From the NCBI GenBank assembly GCA_964016885.1, contig OZ024758.1, forward strand, positions 7,254,001 through 7,318,000: DNA of 64,000 nucleotides, written 5' to 3'. The notes under the pieces were generated by a model. The model had not been told where the DNA came from. It made no database searches and saw only the letters and a list, made by a program, of their open reading frames with translations. Source of the DNA: Eledone cirrhosa. Lineage: Eukaryota. Position numbers and translations under genes: made by a program. Numbering within the stretch: the first letter of the stretch is position 1; each line of letters opens with the position of its first letter. Below are positions 27,915 through 41,100 of the stretch, piece after piece.

Positions 27915-28530
27915 ATCGTCATCGACATCGTCATCGTCGTAGTCATCGTCATTGTCGTAGTCATCGTCGACAGCGTCATCGTCATCGCCATCGTCATTAA
28001 CATTGTCGTCATCATCATCATCCTCAACCTCAGCCTCATCATCATCATTGTCGTCATCACCATCACCATCGTCGTCGTCGTCGTCGTCATCATCGTTGTT
28101 GCCATCATCATCATCATCATCAACAACAACACCATCACCATCCACCACCACCACCACCACCAATAACACCACCACCACCACCACCACCACCAATAACACC
28201 ACCACCACCACCACCACCACCATCACCAACCCACCACCACCATCATCACCATCACCACCACCAACCCATCACCACGCCATCATCATCACCATCGCCATCT
28301 CCATCACCACCACCACCACCACCATCATCACCACCACCACCACCACCACCACCACCATCACCAACCCACCACCACCATCATCACCATCACCACCACCACC
28401 AACCCACCACCACCATCATCACCATCACCACCACCAACCCATCACCACGCCATCATCATCACCATCGCCATCTCCATCACCACCACCACCACCACCATCA
28501 TCACCATCACCATCACCACCATCATCATCA
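27915..28530. repeat. (CAT/CGT/CAC)n microsatellite
   Basis: Visible. Confidence 0.95.
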
Positions 28531-28744
28531 CTATCAAAACAGTTATAACAATTAAAGTAATCCATTTCATTGTTCAATTTTCATCCGGAAGAGAAGCGAC
28601 AAACGATAAGAGAGAGAGTTTCTAAAGAAGTCACACTAACACGTGTACCATAGTAATGGCGTCCTTTTGTTGTTAACTGTGGCCATGCTGGGGCACTGCA
28701 AACTAACACCTGTACTATAGTAATGGCGTCCTTTTGATGTTAAC

Positions 28745-29143
28745 TCTGGTTAGAGTCACTAGATTGTGGCCATGCTGGGGCACTATTTTACTGGTTACAG
28801 TCACTAGATTGTGGCCATGCTGGGGCACTATTTTACTGGTTACAGTCACTAGATTGTGGCCATGCTGGGGCACTATTTTACTGGTTACAGTCACTAGATT
28901 GTGGCCATGCTGGGGCACTATTTTACTGGTTACAGTCACTAGATTGTGGCCATGCTGGGGCACTATTTTACTGGTTACAGTCACTAGATTGTCGCCATGC
29001 TGGGGCACTATTTTACTGGTTACAGTCACTAGATTGTGGCCATGCTGGGGCACTATTTTACTGTTTAGAGTCATTAGATTGTGGCCATGCTGGGGCACTA
29101 TTTTACTGGTTATAGTCACTAGATTGTGGCCATGCTGGGGCAC
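28745..29143. repeat. 45-bp minisatellite, ~9 copies
   Basis: Unit CTGGTTACAGTCACTAGATTGTGGCCATGCTGGGGCACTATTTTA; period 28791 to 28836. Confidence 0.97.
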
Positions 29144-29584
29144 CCACGATCTATTCCATCATATTTTAGTCGAGTATTTTTTTCAGCTTTGAAAAGTATT
29201 CTATCTAACGTTCTATCGACGCTGCCAATTCGCCACCAGTCGAAGTTGTTAGGTTTGTACAAATCTAGTACTTAGTCGCCCTTAATCTGACTTTTCTGTA
29301 CATTTGGGTACTGTTTTGGGGCTAATTTGGTACAGATGATATTCTTCATCCACCATTTAACCCTTTACACCGAAATATTAATTTCCAATCATAATACTTT
29401 TGTTCCACGTGTAGGTTAAAAATCGAAAGGTACACTAAACCTGATCCAACAGTAAGTTTCCACCTTGTACCAAACGTGTAATGAACACGTGACAACAAGG
29501 ACCATATTTATAGGGGTGCAAAAGAGGAGTACGTATCAGAAGGAGCATGTCACTGGACGTCAGTGGTATAGTCATTCTATTGTG

Positions 29585-29900
29585 AAGGCGTATAACTTTG
29601 GGGGTTAGACTGTTCGGCTCACAATGGTAAAATCGTGAGTTTTGTTCTTGGTAGCTTCTTGTGTCTTTAAGAAAGACACTTTATTTTATGTTGCTCCAAG
29701 TCAATTGGTTGTGGAAAATGAACTGTACCACTAATTCAAAGGGGTAGTTTTGTCACATATTGTTTCCAGCGAATCTCCCTGAGAACTACATTTAGGGCAC
29801 ACATATCTGTGAAATGTTCAGCCACCTGCATATTAATTTCATGAGCAGTCTGTTTCGTTGATTAAACAACTGGAACACTCGTCGTCGCAACCGACGAAGG
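29585..29900 (+). mobile_element. tRNA-derived SINE family B, diverged
   Basis: AAGACACTTTATTTTATGTTGCTCCA core shared with 54575-54720. Confidence 0.7.
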
Positions 29901-30639
29901 TCCTAACAGACAGACTACTTCTGTTATGTATATATTATTCAGAATATTGCAATTCTATCATATCTCTTATAAGTTAATGAGAAGTAAAATAATGAAATAA
30001 TGGATCCTATAATAATTATTATTTCAATACAACATTAGAAGACGGAAATTTGACATTCATAGGATTAACATACCATAATGGAGATCCGCCATATAAATCT
30101 AAGCTTAGAAGCGTATCCCAATTGAATCCTTTAATAAATACAGCGCTTTTAATGTTTCAATGTTAATATCATTCACGACATATTAATAATCGCCTTGAGT
30201 TCAATAGTGCAATTGTCTAATTCGTTAGCACACGACCAATTACGCTAATTATTAGTTTTCTAACATTTTTCACGATTAATAATAATTTACAAAAGTATTA
30301 CAGTTAGTCTTAACATAATTTGAAATACATTTATCATAGTTCATTTTAGGAGTGAATATCTCTTGTTCAGTAAACCCTTGTATTTTTCACCAGCACTATG
30401 ATTGTCCAGTTGAACGATACAGCCTGATTAATCTTAAACCATGGCAATATGTTATAGTAGACAATTAGAGTTCTGCGACTAACTGAATCAATAAGTTTCA
30501 GAATTATCTGTTGAGAATTTAGTGAAATTTACAGTAAGAGGCAAAATCCTCTAGGCTCAGTGAGAGACCTACAGCAACACAGATCGTGAAAAGGTATAAA
30601 CATTCCAGCAATGTTCAGACAAACTTGTGTATTGTGGAA

Positions 30640-31000
30640 TATGGTATGGTATGGCCCCGTCTTATAATGTTGTATGGCACGGTAGTAACATACGGTATTT
30701 CGAGGGCATCTTTAAAACCTGGCGGAGGCCAATTCTCTCCAGGTCTAAATACAGCAGATTTCTTCAAGAGAAGGATATAGAGAGAGGGAGAAAGGAAGAA
30801 AGAAAGAAAGAGATATAGAAGAAGAATCGATTCCAGTACTAAACTGGTACTTTTTTTATCGACCTAGAATGGATGAAAGGTAAAGTTGCCCTCGGTGGGA
30901 TTTGAACTCAGAGAACAGAGAGCCGAAACAAATAAACCTCATTTGGTCATTCCATGAGAGTATCTTGGTCAGCCCATGGACTTCTCAGCCAACCATCGTA
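30640..31000 (-). mobile_element. SINE family A (long-tail variant) fused to a MITE family M half
   Basis: SINE core 30835-30930, MITE fragment 30935-31000. Confidence 0.75.
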
Positions 31001-31659
31001 TCAATATCATAAAACATTAAAAAATACGAAATAAATCCCAATGGATAAGATAATGAATTAAACGGTATTTATTATTAGTATCAATAGATCTAACATAGTG
31101 CTTCATTGCTTACCGCTGGGAGAGCTATGAAACCTGATATCAATGACAACGTTGATCTGATAGGTTTGTTTTTATTCCAGCATTCAAATAACTAGTGTAA
31201 TGGTGAAATCACACAGTGGATAAAGTACTTAACTGCCTGACATCATGGCAGACGGTGATGGCGGGAGGTTACCGGGGAAGAGGAAATTTATTGCTAGCCA
31301 CTGATATTTCATTCTTCATCTGAGAACGAAAACTAATTTTACGTATCATAGGTTACTTAGCTTCTAAAGGAGTTATCTGCAATAGAGTAACGTACACACA
31401 CACACGCGCGCATAAACACACACACACGTGCGCGCACACACACACACGCACACACACATACATACATGCACACACACACACGCACATGCATACGCACACA
31501 CACACACACATACACTCACACATGCACGCACACACAAAGTGATCGACAAGTTCCCAGATTTCATTTCATTGCCGAGTGGAGTGGAACTTGTCAAATCGGA
31601 CCAAGGAAACAATGTTTCCATTAGTCTTTCCATTGCTGATGCTATCTGTCAGTCGTAAT

Positions 31660-31780
31660 TCCTGGTAGAGAAAGCAGCGTGAAATAAAGTGTCTTGCTCA
31701 AGGACATAAACTATCGCCCGGAGTGAGAATGGAATTCGCAACGTCACAATTACGAATTCAATTCTCTAACTACTAAGCCT
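31660..31780 (-). mobile_element. SINE family B
   Basis: GTGAAATAAAGTGTCTTGCTCAAGGAC..CTAACTACTAAGCC, reverse complement of the 54575-54720 head. Confidence 0.75.
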
Positions 31781-31789
31781 CTCCCTCTC

Positions 31790-31895
<106 letters not shown>

Positions 31896-32295
31896 GATGT
31901 GTGTTATAATGCAGACTATTTTCCTACGTTTATATCAGACATGGAGAACCTTTTTCGAGAAACGGGCCACATGAGATATGGCTCACCACCAGGCGGGCCG
32001 CAAGCGCTAATTTACATTTGTGCCAACATTAAAAAAAAAATGGCGGTAACTCAGGTTGTTTTGAAAAGCTGTAAGGAATGTGGCCAGGAATGAGTTAGCA
32101 TGGGAGGTCTTAAAAGACACATGAGAACACGCAGCCAGAACAAAACAATGGAAAGTCCTGGAAGAGCCTACAATTGCCATGTATATGCCAGAGGGTGCAA
32201 GTCTTTGGCTGGTTTCAAGACACACATTCGTGCCTCATATTTTTGAGTATTTTATGGGACGATGGCAATGCTCGAACATTGGTTTGCAGCCATCA

Positions 32296-32623
32296 TGTAT
32301 GTATGTATGTATGTATGTATGTATGTATGTATGTATGTATATGCACGTATGTATATGTATGCATGTATGTATGCATGTATGTATGCATATATGTATGCAT
32401 GCATGTGTATGTATGTATGTGCATGTATGCAAGTATGTATGTATTATGTAAGCATGTGTATGTATGCATGTATGCCTGTATGTATGCATGTATGTATGTA
32501 TGATGCATGTGTATGTGTGTATGTGTATGTATGCATGTATGTATTTATGCCTGTATGTATGTATGTGTGCATCTATGTATGAATGCACGCATGTATGTAA
32601 GTATGTATGTATCCATACATATC

Positions 32624-32710
<87 letters not shown>

Positions 32711-32800
32711 TTGTGCGTCTGTGTATGTGTGCATGTGCATGCATGTGTGGGTTTATCTGTATGTGTGTATTTGTGTATGTGCGTGTGTATGTGTATTTAA
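32296..32800. repeat. (TATG)n/(TA)n microsatellite
   Basis: Visible. Confidence 0.95.
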
Positions 32801-33139
32801 GATATTCTTTTTATTGAAAAAATTTAAACTTAATATATTTATGCACGCTAAATATGACGTTAAAATGGTCGCTGAGTCGCCAACAGGAATCAAAAAGTGG
32901 GTGACGAAAGAGATTAAAAAAATGAAGAAAAGAGCGGAAAATAAAATATTTGTACAAATGAAATAGGAGTAATTAGTTTGTGATGTCAATAAAAGTGTAA
33001 CTTTGATAACCTTGACTTTGATCAGGAATGTTGACCAGAGACACACTGTAAATCACTCTTTGTTTGGCACGATCAAATAACCACTATGGCTGAACAACAT
33101 ATCTAAATATTTGCACAATTTAGAAACGTCTTTGGTTTA

Positions 33140-33285
33140 AGGCGGTGAATTGGCGGAAGCGACGGAGCGTCCAGTTAAACGTTTCGGTGTTCTGGCTCTT
33201 TGTGTTCTGAGTTCAAATCCTGCTCAGGTCAAATTTACAGTTCGTCCTTTCGGAATAGATAAAATAGATAAAATAAAGTACGAGT
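33140..33285 (+). mobile_element. SINE family A, diverged
   Basis: GGCGGTGAATTGGCGGAA..TTCTGAGTTCAAATCCTGC..GATAAAATAAAGTAC. Confidence 0.75.
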
Positions 33286-33690
33286 TCATTCCGACTTTTT
33301 GAGTTCTCAGTTCAAATCAAGTCACCTCTCTCTGGAAAAGCGGAACAAATTCTGCCAGGAACGATGTGTTACCACCGGGAGATGGTATCCACAGTGGAAT
33401 GTCTGATAGACACTTAGTTTCCTTGGCCCGATGTAACGATCGACTTCCTTACTTTCACCACTTTTTTGTTTTATACTGAGCCACTAATATGTCTTATTTG
33501 TTTGTATATACTTATATATATATAAATAAATAAATAAATAAATAAATAAATATATATATATATATGTATGTATGTATAACTTTGATAGGTTTCGGCCAGT
33601 ATTGGCCCAGGTCATGTCTAAGTTAATAGCACCACCTGTATGTATATATATATATATGTATATGTATAAATATATATATACACATATGTA

Positions 33691-33749
<59 letters not shown>

Positions 33750-33752
<3 letters not shown>

Positions 33753-33861
33753 TAAAATTAGTCCTTCATTAGTGATCTTCCAGAAGGCTGGAAGATCACT
33801 GATGAAGGACTAATTTTATTCATATGTAACCCATGTGCAACCACGCAGCACGCCATTTTGC
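33750..33861 (+). mobile_element. TA-flanked fold-back element (family H4)
   Basis: 34-bp arms around AAGG (33750-33821, one mismatch); right arm and tail are similar to 63350-63420. Confidence 0.75.
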
Positions 33862-33993
33862 ATATATATATATATATATATATGTTGTTATACATATATA
33901 TATATATCCCTCCCAAAGTATAACAATATATATATATGTATAAATATGTATACATACATATATATATATATATTTATATATATACATATGAAT

Positions 33994-34069
<76 letters not shown>

Positions 34070-34439
34070 ACATATATATGTATATATATATATAGAGAGA
34101 GAGAGAGACAGGTGGGGGAGATAGAGGGAGGGAACAAGTACTGTAATTTGAGAGCATAGTATTTATTTCACAAAAATGATTTTCGAGTTTTCTTCAACAT
34201 CATCAAGATTCGGTTTCAATGGCGTTAGTACAACATTATTTTATATTAACAACCTCTTTTCTGTCAGCTCAAACCATATAGCACGTGCATAAACATCTTG
34301 CAAGCGGTCTTAACACCTATTGTCCCCACATCTTCCGTCATCCATCAAAGTATTGAAAAAAACTCGACAACTGAGTCACGGAAAACATGCATTTCAGATA
34401 GCAAGAAACAAAAAGAAAAAAAAAGAGGACACCGCCGCC

Positions 34440-34835
34440 GCTATCATCACCACCACCACCACCAGCAACAATAGCAGCACCACCACCATCACCACCATAA
34501 CGACCACGACGACGACCACCACCACCAGCACCAGTACCACCATCACCACCACCACCATCACCACCCACCACCATCACCACCACCAGCTCCACCACCGCCA
34601 CCATCACCACCACCACTCACCACCACCAGCTCCACTACCGCCACCACCACCATCACCACCACCACCGTCACTACCACCACCATTACTACCACCACCACCA
34701 ATACCACCACCACCTTCACCACCATCACCACCAATATCCACCACCACCAACACCAACACCACTAACACCACTATCACCACCACCACCACCACCACCACAA
34801 CAACAACAAAAAACAACAACTACAACAACAGTAAC
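34440..34835. repeat. (CAC)n/(CAA)n microsatellite
   Basis: Visible. Confidence 0.95.
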
Positions 34836-34994
34836 AGCCAATTCAAATCCTTCTTAACAGACAGTTCAAACCCTCACACAGCTATACCTCACGTAACATC
34901 TGTTCAACAGAACCAGAACCATATTTGACATTTTTCTTTGTATAAAATATATAGAACTAAATAAAACACAAATAGGTTTGTGCCTCTTTAAAAA

Positions 34995-35110
34995 TAATTG
35001 TTTCTACGTTAGGCACAAGGCCAGCAAATTATCCAGTGTATAACTGGTACTTTATTTTATCGACCCCGTAAGGATGAAAGGCAAAGTTAACCTCGGCGGG
35101 ATTTGAACAT
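34995..35110 (-). mobile_element. SINE family A, short form fragment
   Basis: Near-identical to other short-form copies. Confidence 0.85.
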
Positions 35111-35149
35111 AATCTACTTATTTCTGTTCAGTACAATTTATGAATTCTC

Positions 35150-35812
35150 CATACCATTCTCACATAAGCTTTCGTGTTCTCGTTAAAACAACGTTATATT
35201 ACCGCCATACCACTCTCACATAAACTTTCGTGTTCTCGTTAAAACAACGTTATATTACCGCCATACCACTCTCACATAAACTTTCGTGTTCTCGTTAAAA
35301 CAACGTTATATTACCGCCATACCATTCTCACATAAGCTTTCGTGTTCTCGTTAAAACAACGTTATATTACCGCCATACCACTTTCATTTAAACACTGACC
35401 TCTTCTCGTTAAAACCACGTACATTACCTATATCCACTCTCATTAATCTGCCCTGTTCTCGTGAGAACAACGTTATGTTACCTCTATACCACTCTCACTT
35501 TGGCTGGCCTCTTCTCGTTAAAACAACGCTATTGTACCTCTATACCACTCTCACTTCAACTGTCCTGTTCTCGTTAAAACAACGTCATATTACCTCTCTA
35601 CCACTCTGACGTAAATACTGGCCTCTTCTCGTTAAAATACTGTTATCATAGCTCTACATGACTTCGACATAAACAGGCCTCTTCTCGTTAAAACACCGTT
35701 ATGATACCTCTAAATGACTCCCACATAAACAGGCCTCTTCCCGTTAAAACACTGTTATGATAGCTCTACATAACTCCCACGTAAACAGGCTTCTCCTCGT
35801 TAAAACACCGTT
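35150..35812. repeat. ~56-bp minisatellite, ~12 copies, with polar divergence
   Basis: TTCTCGTTAAAAC recurs at a 56-bp period (35181, 35237, 35293); units drift progressively to the right. Confidence 0.92.
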
Positions 35813-36131
35813 ACTCAAACCTAAGAATTATGTATAAAATAACATGATTAATAGGAAACAATTTTGGAAAACATTCGTTTTGAAAATGAAAAGAAATGTA
35901 ATTCACTTTTCGTGAACTGAATCATAATTTAAAAGTTATATTCTACTTAATTTTGTTTCGGGTTTTTTCTTTCTTTAACTGTTCGCTTAGTTATGTAACA
36001 GCCAAAAGAACTGAGAAGACAGATGTTTTACTATTTTACTGTCTTATAAACTTGTATAATATCACACAAACCCTGATAAAGGTATATTGCAATAAAAATG
36101 ATGACCACTAAGAACACGTTATTTACTACAC

Positions 36132-36211
<80 letters not shown>

Positions 36212-36243
36212 AGGAAAACCACAGACCCTCCACCTCAACTCTA

Positions 36244-36279
36244 CTTTTGAAAAGCAGAAGATCTGCGAAACCGGTAAAG
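36244..36279 (+). ncRNA. Candidate minimal hammerhead with U3-A8 compensated core, in TA-flanked element 36207-36412
   Basis: CTT-TTGAAAA-GCAGA.AGA.TCTGC-GAAA-CCGG-TA-AAG; helix I is only 3 bp; AATAAA follows. Confidence 0.45.
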
Positions 36280-36445
36280 GAACCAAATAAATATATATAT
36301 TTTTTTAAAAATAAGACTCCAGTTGCATTTTCGATTTCATCTTTTTTTCTTTATACTTTCACTCGTGTAGGACACCGGTTATTTTTCATTTTGTAAAAAA
36401 CATCACTTTCTAATATATATATATGTATATATATATATATCTATG

Positions 36446-36484
<39 letters not shown>

Positions 36485-36489
36485 CTATG

Positions 36490-36528
<39 letters not shown>

Positions 36529-36533
36529 CTATG

Positions 36534-36574
<41 letters not shown>

Positions 36575-36575
36575 C

Positions 36576-36606
<31 letters not shown>

Positions 36607-36746
36607 GTAACGAAGGAAATGTGGTAAGGAACCAGGTGGACCATAACGCACCAAAGTACTCAATACTTGAGGTAGTAGAGTGGGTAATAGGAACCAGTAA
36701 GACCCCGACAGCTGAGCTCAGCTGTCGGGGTCTTACTGGTTCCTAT
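36607..36746 (-). mobile_element. TA-flanked fold-back element (family H2) ending in a perfect 60-bp palindrome
   Basis: 36687-36746 is a loop-less palindrome centred in TGAG|CTCA; the rest is a reverse-complement homolog of 22480-22576. Confidence 0.85.
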
Positions 36747-36777
36747 ATATATATGTATATATATATATATATCTATC

Positions 36778-36832
<55 letters not shown>

Positions 36833-36994
36833 ATATATATATATATATACACACATAGATATACATATATACATACCTACATATATACACATATATATAC
36901 ATACATACATATAGATACCTACATATACACATACATACATATAGATACCTACATATACATATATATGTATATACATACATGCATACATATACAT

Positions 36995-37052
<58 letters not shown>

Positions 37053-37238
37053 ATATGTATATGTGACGATCTAAAATTTAAACTGCCAACCTTTTGCACT
37101 TTGTCATACAATTTACAGTTTGCTAACTTGCCATTAGCTTTGCTTACATCAAAGAAAATACGTTGTAAAATCCGCAACATTGCACAGTTACTACTAGCAG
37201 ATATCGATTTATTGCCATGCAAGATTTAACATCTAATG

Positions 37239-37269
<31 letters not shown>

Positions 37270-37354
37270 ACGGCATTGCTCCTTCTGATATTGCTACTAT
37301 TGCTACTGTTATTATTACTGCTACCATCACTCTGTTTATACATACATACATACA

Positions 37355-37418
<64 letters not shown>

Positions 37419-37436
37419 GTGTTGTATATAAATATA

Positions 37437-37476
<40 letters not shown>

Positions 37477-37479
37477 TAT

Positions 37480-37526
<47 letters not shown>

Positions 37527-38110
37527 ACAACACAATCGGTTATATATATATATAACCGATTGTGTTGTTATTTCTGTTTACCTTTTACATATATATATAT
37601 ATATATATGCTAAGATTTTATCTGTGCATTTCTGACTACTAACCGGAAATGCAATTCGTTGAATTATGTTAACTTTAAACTTTTAAACATTTGTCGTAAC
37701 CCAAGTAATGAGGGATCTGTTATAAAGCCTAATTTTTGTGCCGCCTTGGTCAGCCCCAAATCTATCAAGTCTATGGCGCGTAGCTCATCGTTTTTAAGTT
37801 GTAAACCATACATTATGGTATATATCTCTGGATATCAATGCTGTGTACGCCGAAATGTAATGGTTTATCATATAGATGTAGTCGGGGATGCCGGAAAATA
37901 TATAAGACAGGGAGAGATATAAATAAAACGGGTATTTACCTAACTTACATAACAGCTTTATCCCTTATGACAAGAGAGTGAGGAAGCTATCGCCATGTTG
38001 CCTTTCTAGTTGTCTCTTAGTTCGTATGTTTTATGTTCATAAGTTAACGTGTTTACTTCACTAACCACAGTCGATTTGGCAGCCATGTTAGCTTCTAAAT
38101 TCAAATTACT

Positions 38111-41100
38111 TTGCTTTCTCTTAATACTACTGTACCTCTGGGTCGATAGAATAAGTTAAAGTTATGCAAAAGATAGATTTAGCTGACGGTACACTTTGTT
38201 TTCTCTTAATACTAGCGTTCCTCTGGGTCGATAGAATAAGTTCGAGTTATGCAAAAGATAGATTTAGCTGACGGTACACTTTGTTTTCTCTTAATACTAG
38301 CGTTCCTCTGGGTCGATAGAATAAGTTCGAGTTATACAAAAGATAGATTTAGCTGACGGTACACTTTGTTTTCTCTTAATACTAGCGTTCCTCTGGGTCG
38401 ATAGAATAAGTTCGAGTTATGCAAAAGATAGATTTAGCTGACGGTACACTTTGTTTTCTCTTAATACTAGCGTTCCTCTGGGTCGATAGAATAAGTTCGA
38501 GTTATGCAAAAGATAGATTTAGCTGACGGTACACTTTGTTTTCTCTTAATACTAGCGTTCCTCTGGGTCGATAGAATAAGTTCGAGTTATGCAAAAGATA
38601 GATTTAGCTGACGGTACACTTTGTTTTCTCTTAATACTAGCGTTCCTCTGGGTCGATAGAATAAGTTCGAGTTATGCAAAAGATAGATTTAGCTGACGGT
38701 ACACTTTGTTTTCTCTTAATACTAGCGTTCCTCTGGGTCGATAGAATAAGTTCGAGTTATGCAAAAGATAGATTTAGCTGACGGTACACTTTGTTTTCTC
38801 TTAATACTAGCGTTCCTCTGGGTCGATAGAATAAGTTCGAGTTATGCAAAAGATAGATTTAGCTGACGGTACACTTTGTTTTCTCTTAATACTAGCGTTC
38901 CTCTGGGTCGATAGAATAAGTTCGAGTTATGCAAAAGATAGATTTAGCTGACGGTACACTTTGTTTTCTCTTAATACTAGCGTTCCTCTGGGTCGATAGA
39001 ATAAGTTCGAGTTATGCAAAAGATAGATTTAGCTGACGGTACACTTTGTTTTCTCTTAATACTAGCGTTCCTCTGGGTCGATAGAATAAGTTCGAGTTAT
39101 GCAAAAGATAGATTTAGCTGACGGTACACTTTGTTTTCTCTTAATACTAGCGTTCCTCTGGGTCGATAGAATAAGTTCGAGTTATGCAAAAGATAGATTT
39201 AGCTGACGGTACACTTTGTTTTCTCTTAATACTAGCGTTCCTCTGGGTCGATAGAATAAGTTCGAGTTATGCAAAAGATAGATTTAGCTGACGGTACACT
39301 TTGTTTTCTCTTAATACTAGCGTTCCTCTGGGTCGATAGAATAAGTTCGAGTTATGCAAAAGATAGATTTAGCTGACGGTACACTTTGTTTTCTCTTAAT
39401 ACTAGCGTTCCTCTGGGTCGATAGAATAAGTTCGAGTTATGCAAAAGATAGATTTAGCTGACGGTACACTTTGTTTTCTCTTAATACTAGCGTTCCTCTG
39501 GGTCGATAGAATAAGTTCGAGTTATGCAAAAGATAGATTTAGCTGACGGTACACTTTGTTTTCTCTTAATACTAGCGTTCCTCTGGGTCGATAGAATAAG
39601 TTCGAGTTATACAAAAGATAGATTTAGCTGACGGTACACTTTGTTTTCTCTTAATACTAGCGTTCCTCTGGGTCGATAGAATAAGTTCGAGTTATACAAA
39701 AGATAGATTTAGCTGACGGTACACTTTGTTTTCTCTTAATACTAGCGTTCCTCTGGGTCGATAGAATAAGTTCGAGTTATACAAAAGATAGATTTAGCTG
39801 ACGGTACACTTTGTTTTCTCTTAATACTAGCGTTCCTCTGGGTCGATAGAATAAGTTCGAGTTATACAAAAGATAGATTTAGCTGACGGTACACTTTGTT
39901 TTCTCTTAATACTAGCGTTCCTCTGGGTCGATAGAATAAGTTCGAGTTATACAAAAGATAGATTTAGCTGACGGTACACTTTGTTTTCTCTTAATACTAG
40001 CGTTCCTCTGGGTCGATAGAATAAGTTCGAGTTATACAAAAGATAGATTTAGCTGACGGTACACTTTGTTTTCTCTTAATACTAGCGTTCCTCTGGGTCG
40101 ATAGAATAAGTTCGAGTTATGCAAAAGATAGATTTAGCTGACGGTACACTTTGTTTTCTCTTAATACTAGCGTTCCTCTGGGTCGATAGAATAAGTTCGA
40201 GTTATGCAAAAGATAGATTTAGCTGACGGTACACTTTGTTTTCTCTTAATACTAGCGTTCCTCTGGGTCGATAGAATTAGTTCGAGTTATACAAAAGATA
40301 GATTTAGCTGACGGTACACTTTGTTTTCTCTTAATACTAGCGTTCCTCTGGGTCGATAGAATAAGTTCGAGTTATGCAAAAGATAGATTTAGCTGACGGT
40401 ACACTTTGTTTTCTCTTAATACTAGCGTTCCTCTGGGTCGATAGAATAAGTTCGAGTTATGCAAAAGATAGATTTAGCTGACGGTACACTTTGTTTTCTC
40501 TTAATACTAGCGTTCCTCTGGGTCGATAGAATAAGTTCGAGTTATGCAAAAGATAGATTTAGCTGACGGTACACTTTGTTTTCTCTTAATACTAGCGTTC
40601 CTCTGGGTCGATAGAATAAGTTCGAGTTATGCAAAAGATAGATTTAGCTGACGGTACACTTTGTTTTCTCTTAATACTAGCGTTCCTCTGGGTCGATAGA
40701 ATTAGTTCGAGTTATACAAAAGATAGATTTAGCTGACGGTACACTTTGTTTTCTCTTAATACTAGCGTTCCTCTGGGTCGATAGAATAAGTTCGAGTTAT
40801 GCAAAAGATAGATTTAGCTGACGGTACACTTTGTTTTCTCTTAATACTAGCGTTCCTCTGGGTCGATAGAATAAGTTCGAGTTATGCAAAAGATAGATTT
40901 AGCTGACGGTACACTTTGTTTTCTCTTAATACTAGCGTTCCTCTGGGTCGATAGAATAAGTTAAAGTTATGCAAAAGATAGATTTAGCTGACGGTACACT
41001 TTGTTTTCTCTTAATACTAGCGTTCCTCTGGGTCGATAGAATAAGTTCGAGTTATACAAAAGATAGATTTAGCTGACGGTACACTTTGTTTTCTCTTAAT

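Noticed and set aside
28715-29192. Repetitive ORFs VPQHGHNLVTVTSKI / RLWPCWGTILLVTVT
   Set aside because: By-product of a 45-bp (multiple of 3) minisatellite; no splice or start context.
33580-33640. Minus-strand GGCCAATACTGGCC-GAAAC hairpin as a hammerhead
   Set aside because: CTGANGA core incomplete and no matching helix I/III; at most a relic.
33799-33810. CTGATGAAG in family H4 as a hammerhead core
   Set aside because: No downstream helix II and GAAA in either copy.
35150-35812. CRISPR-like constant motif with variable intervening sequence
   Set aside because: Intervening parts are homologous to each other; eukaryotic minisatellite.
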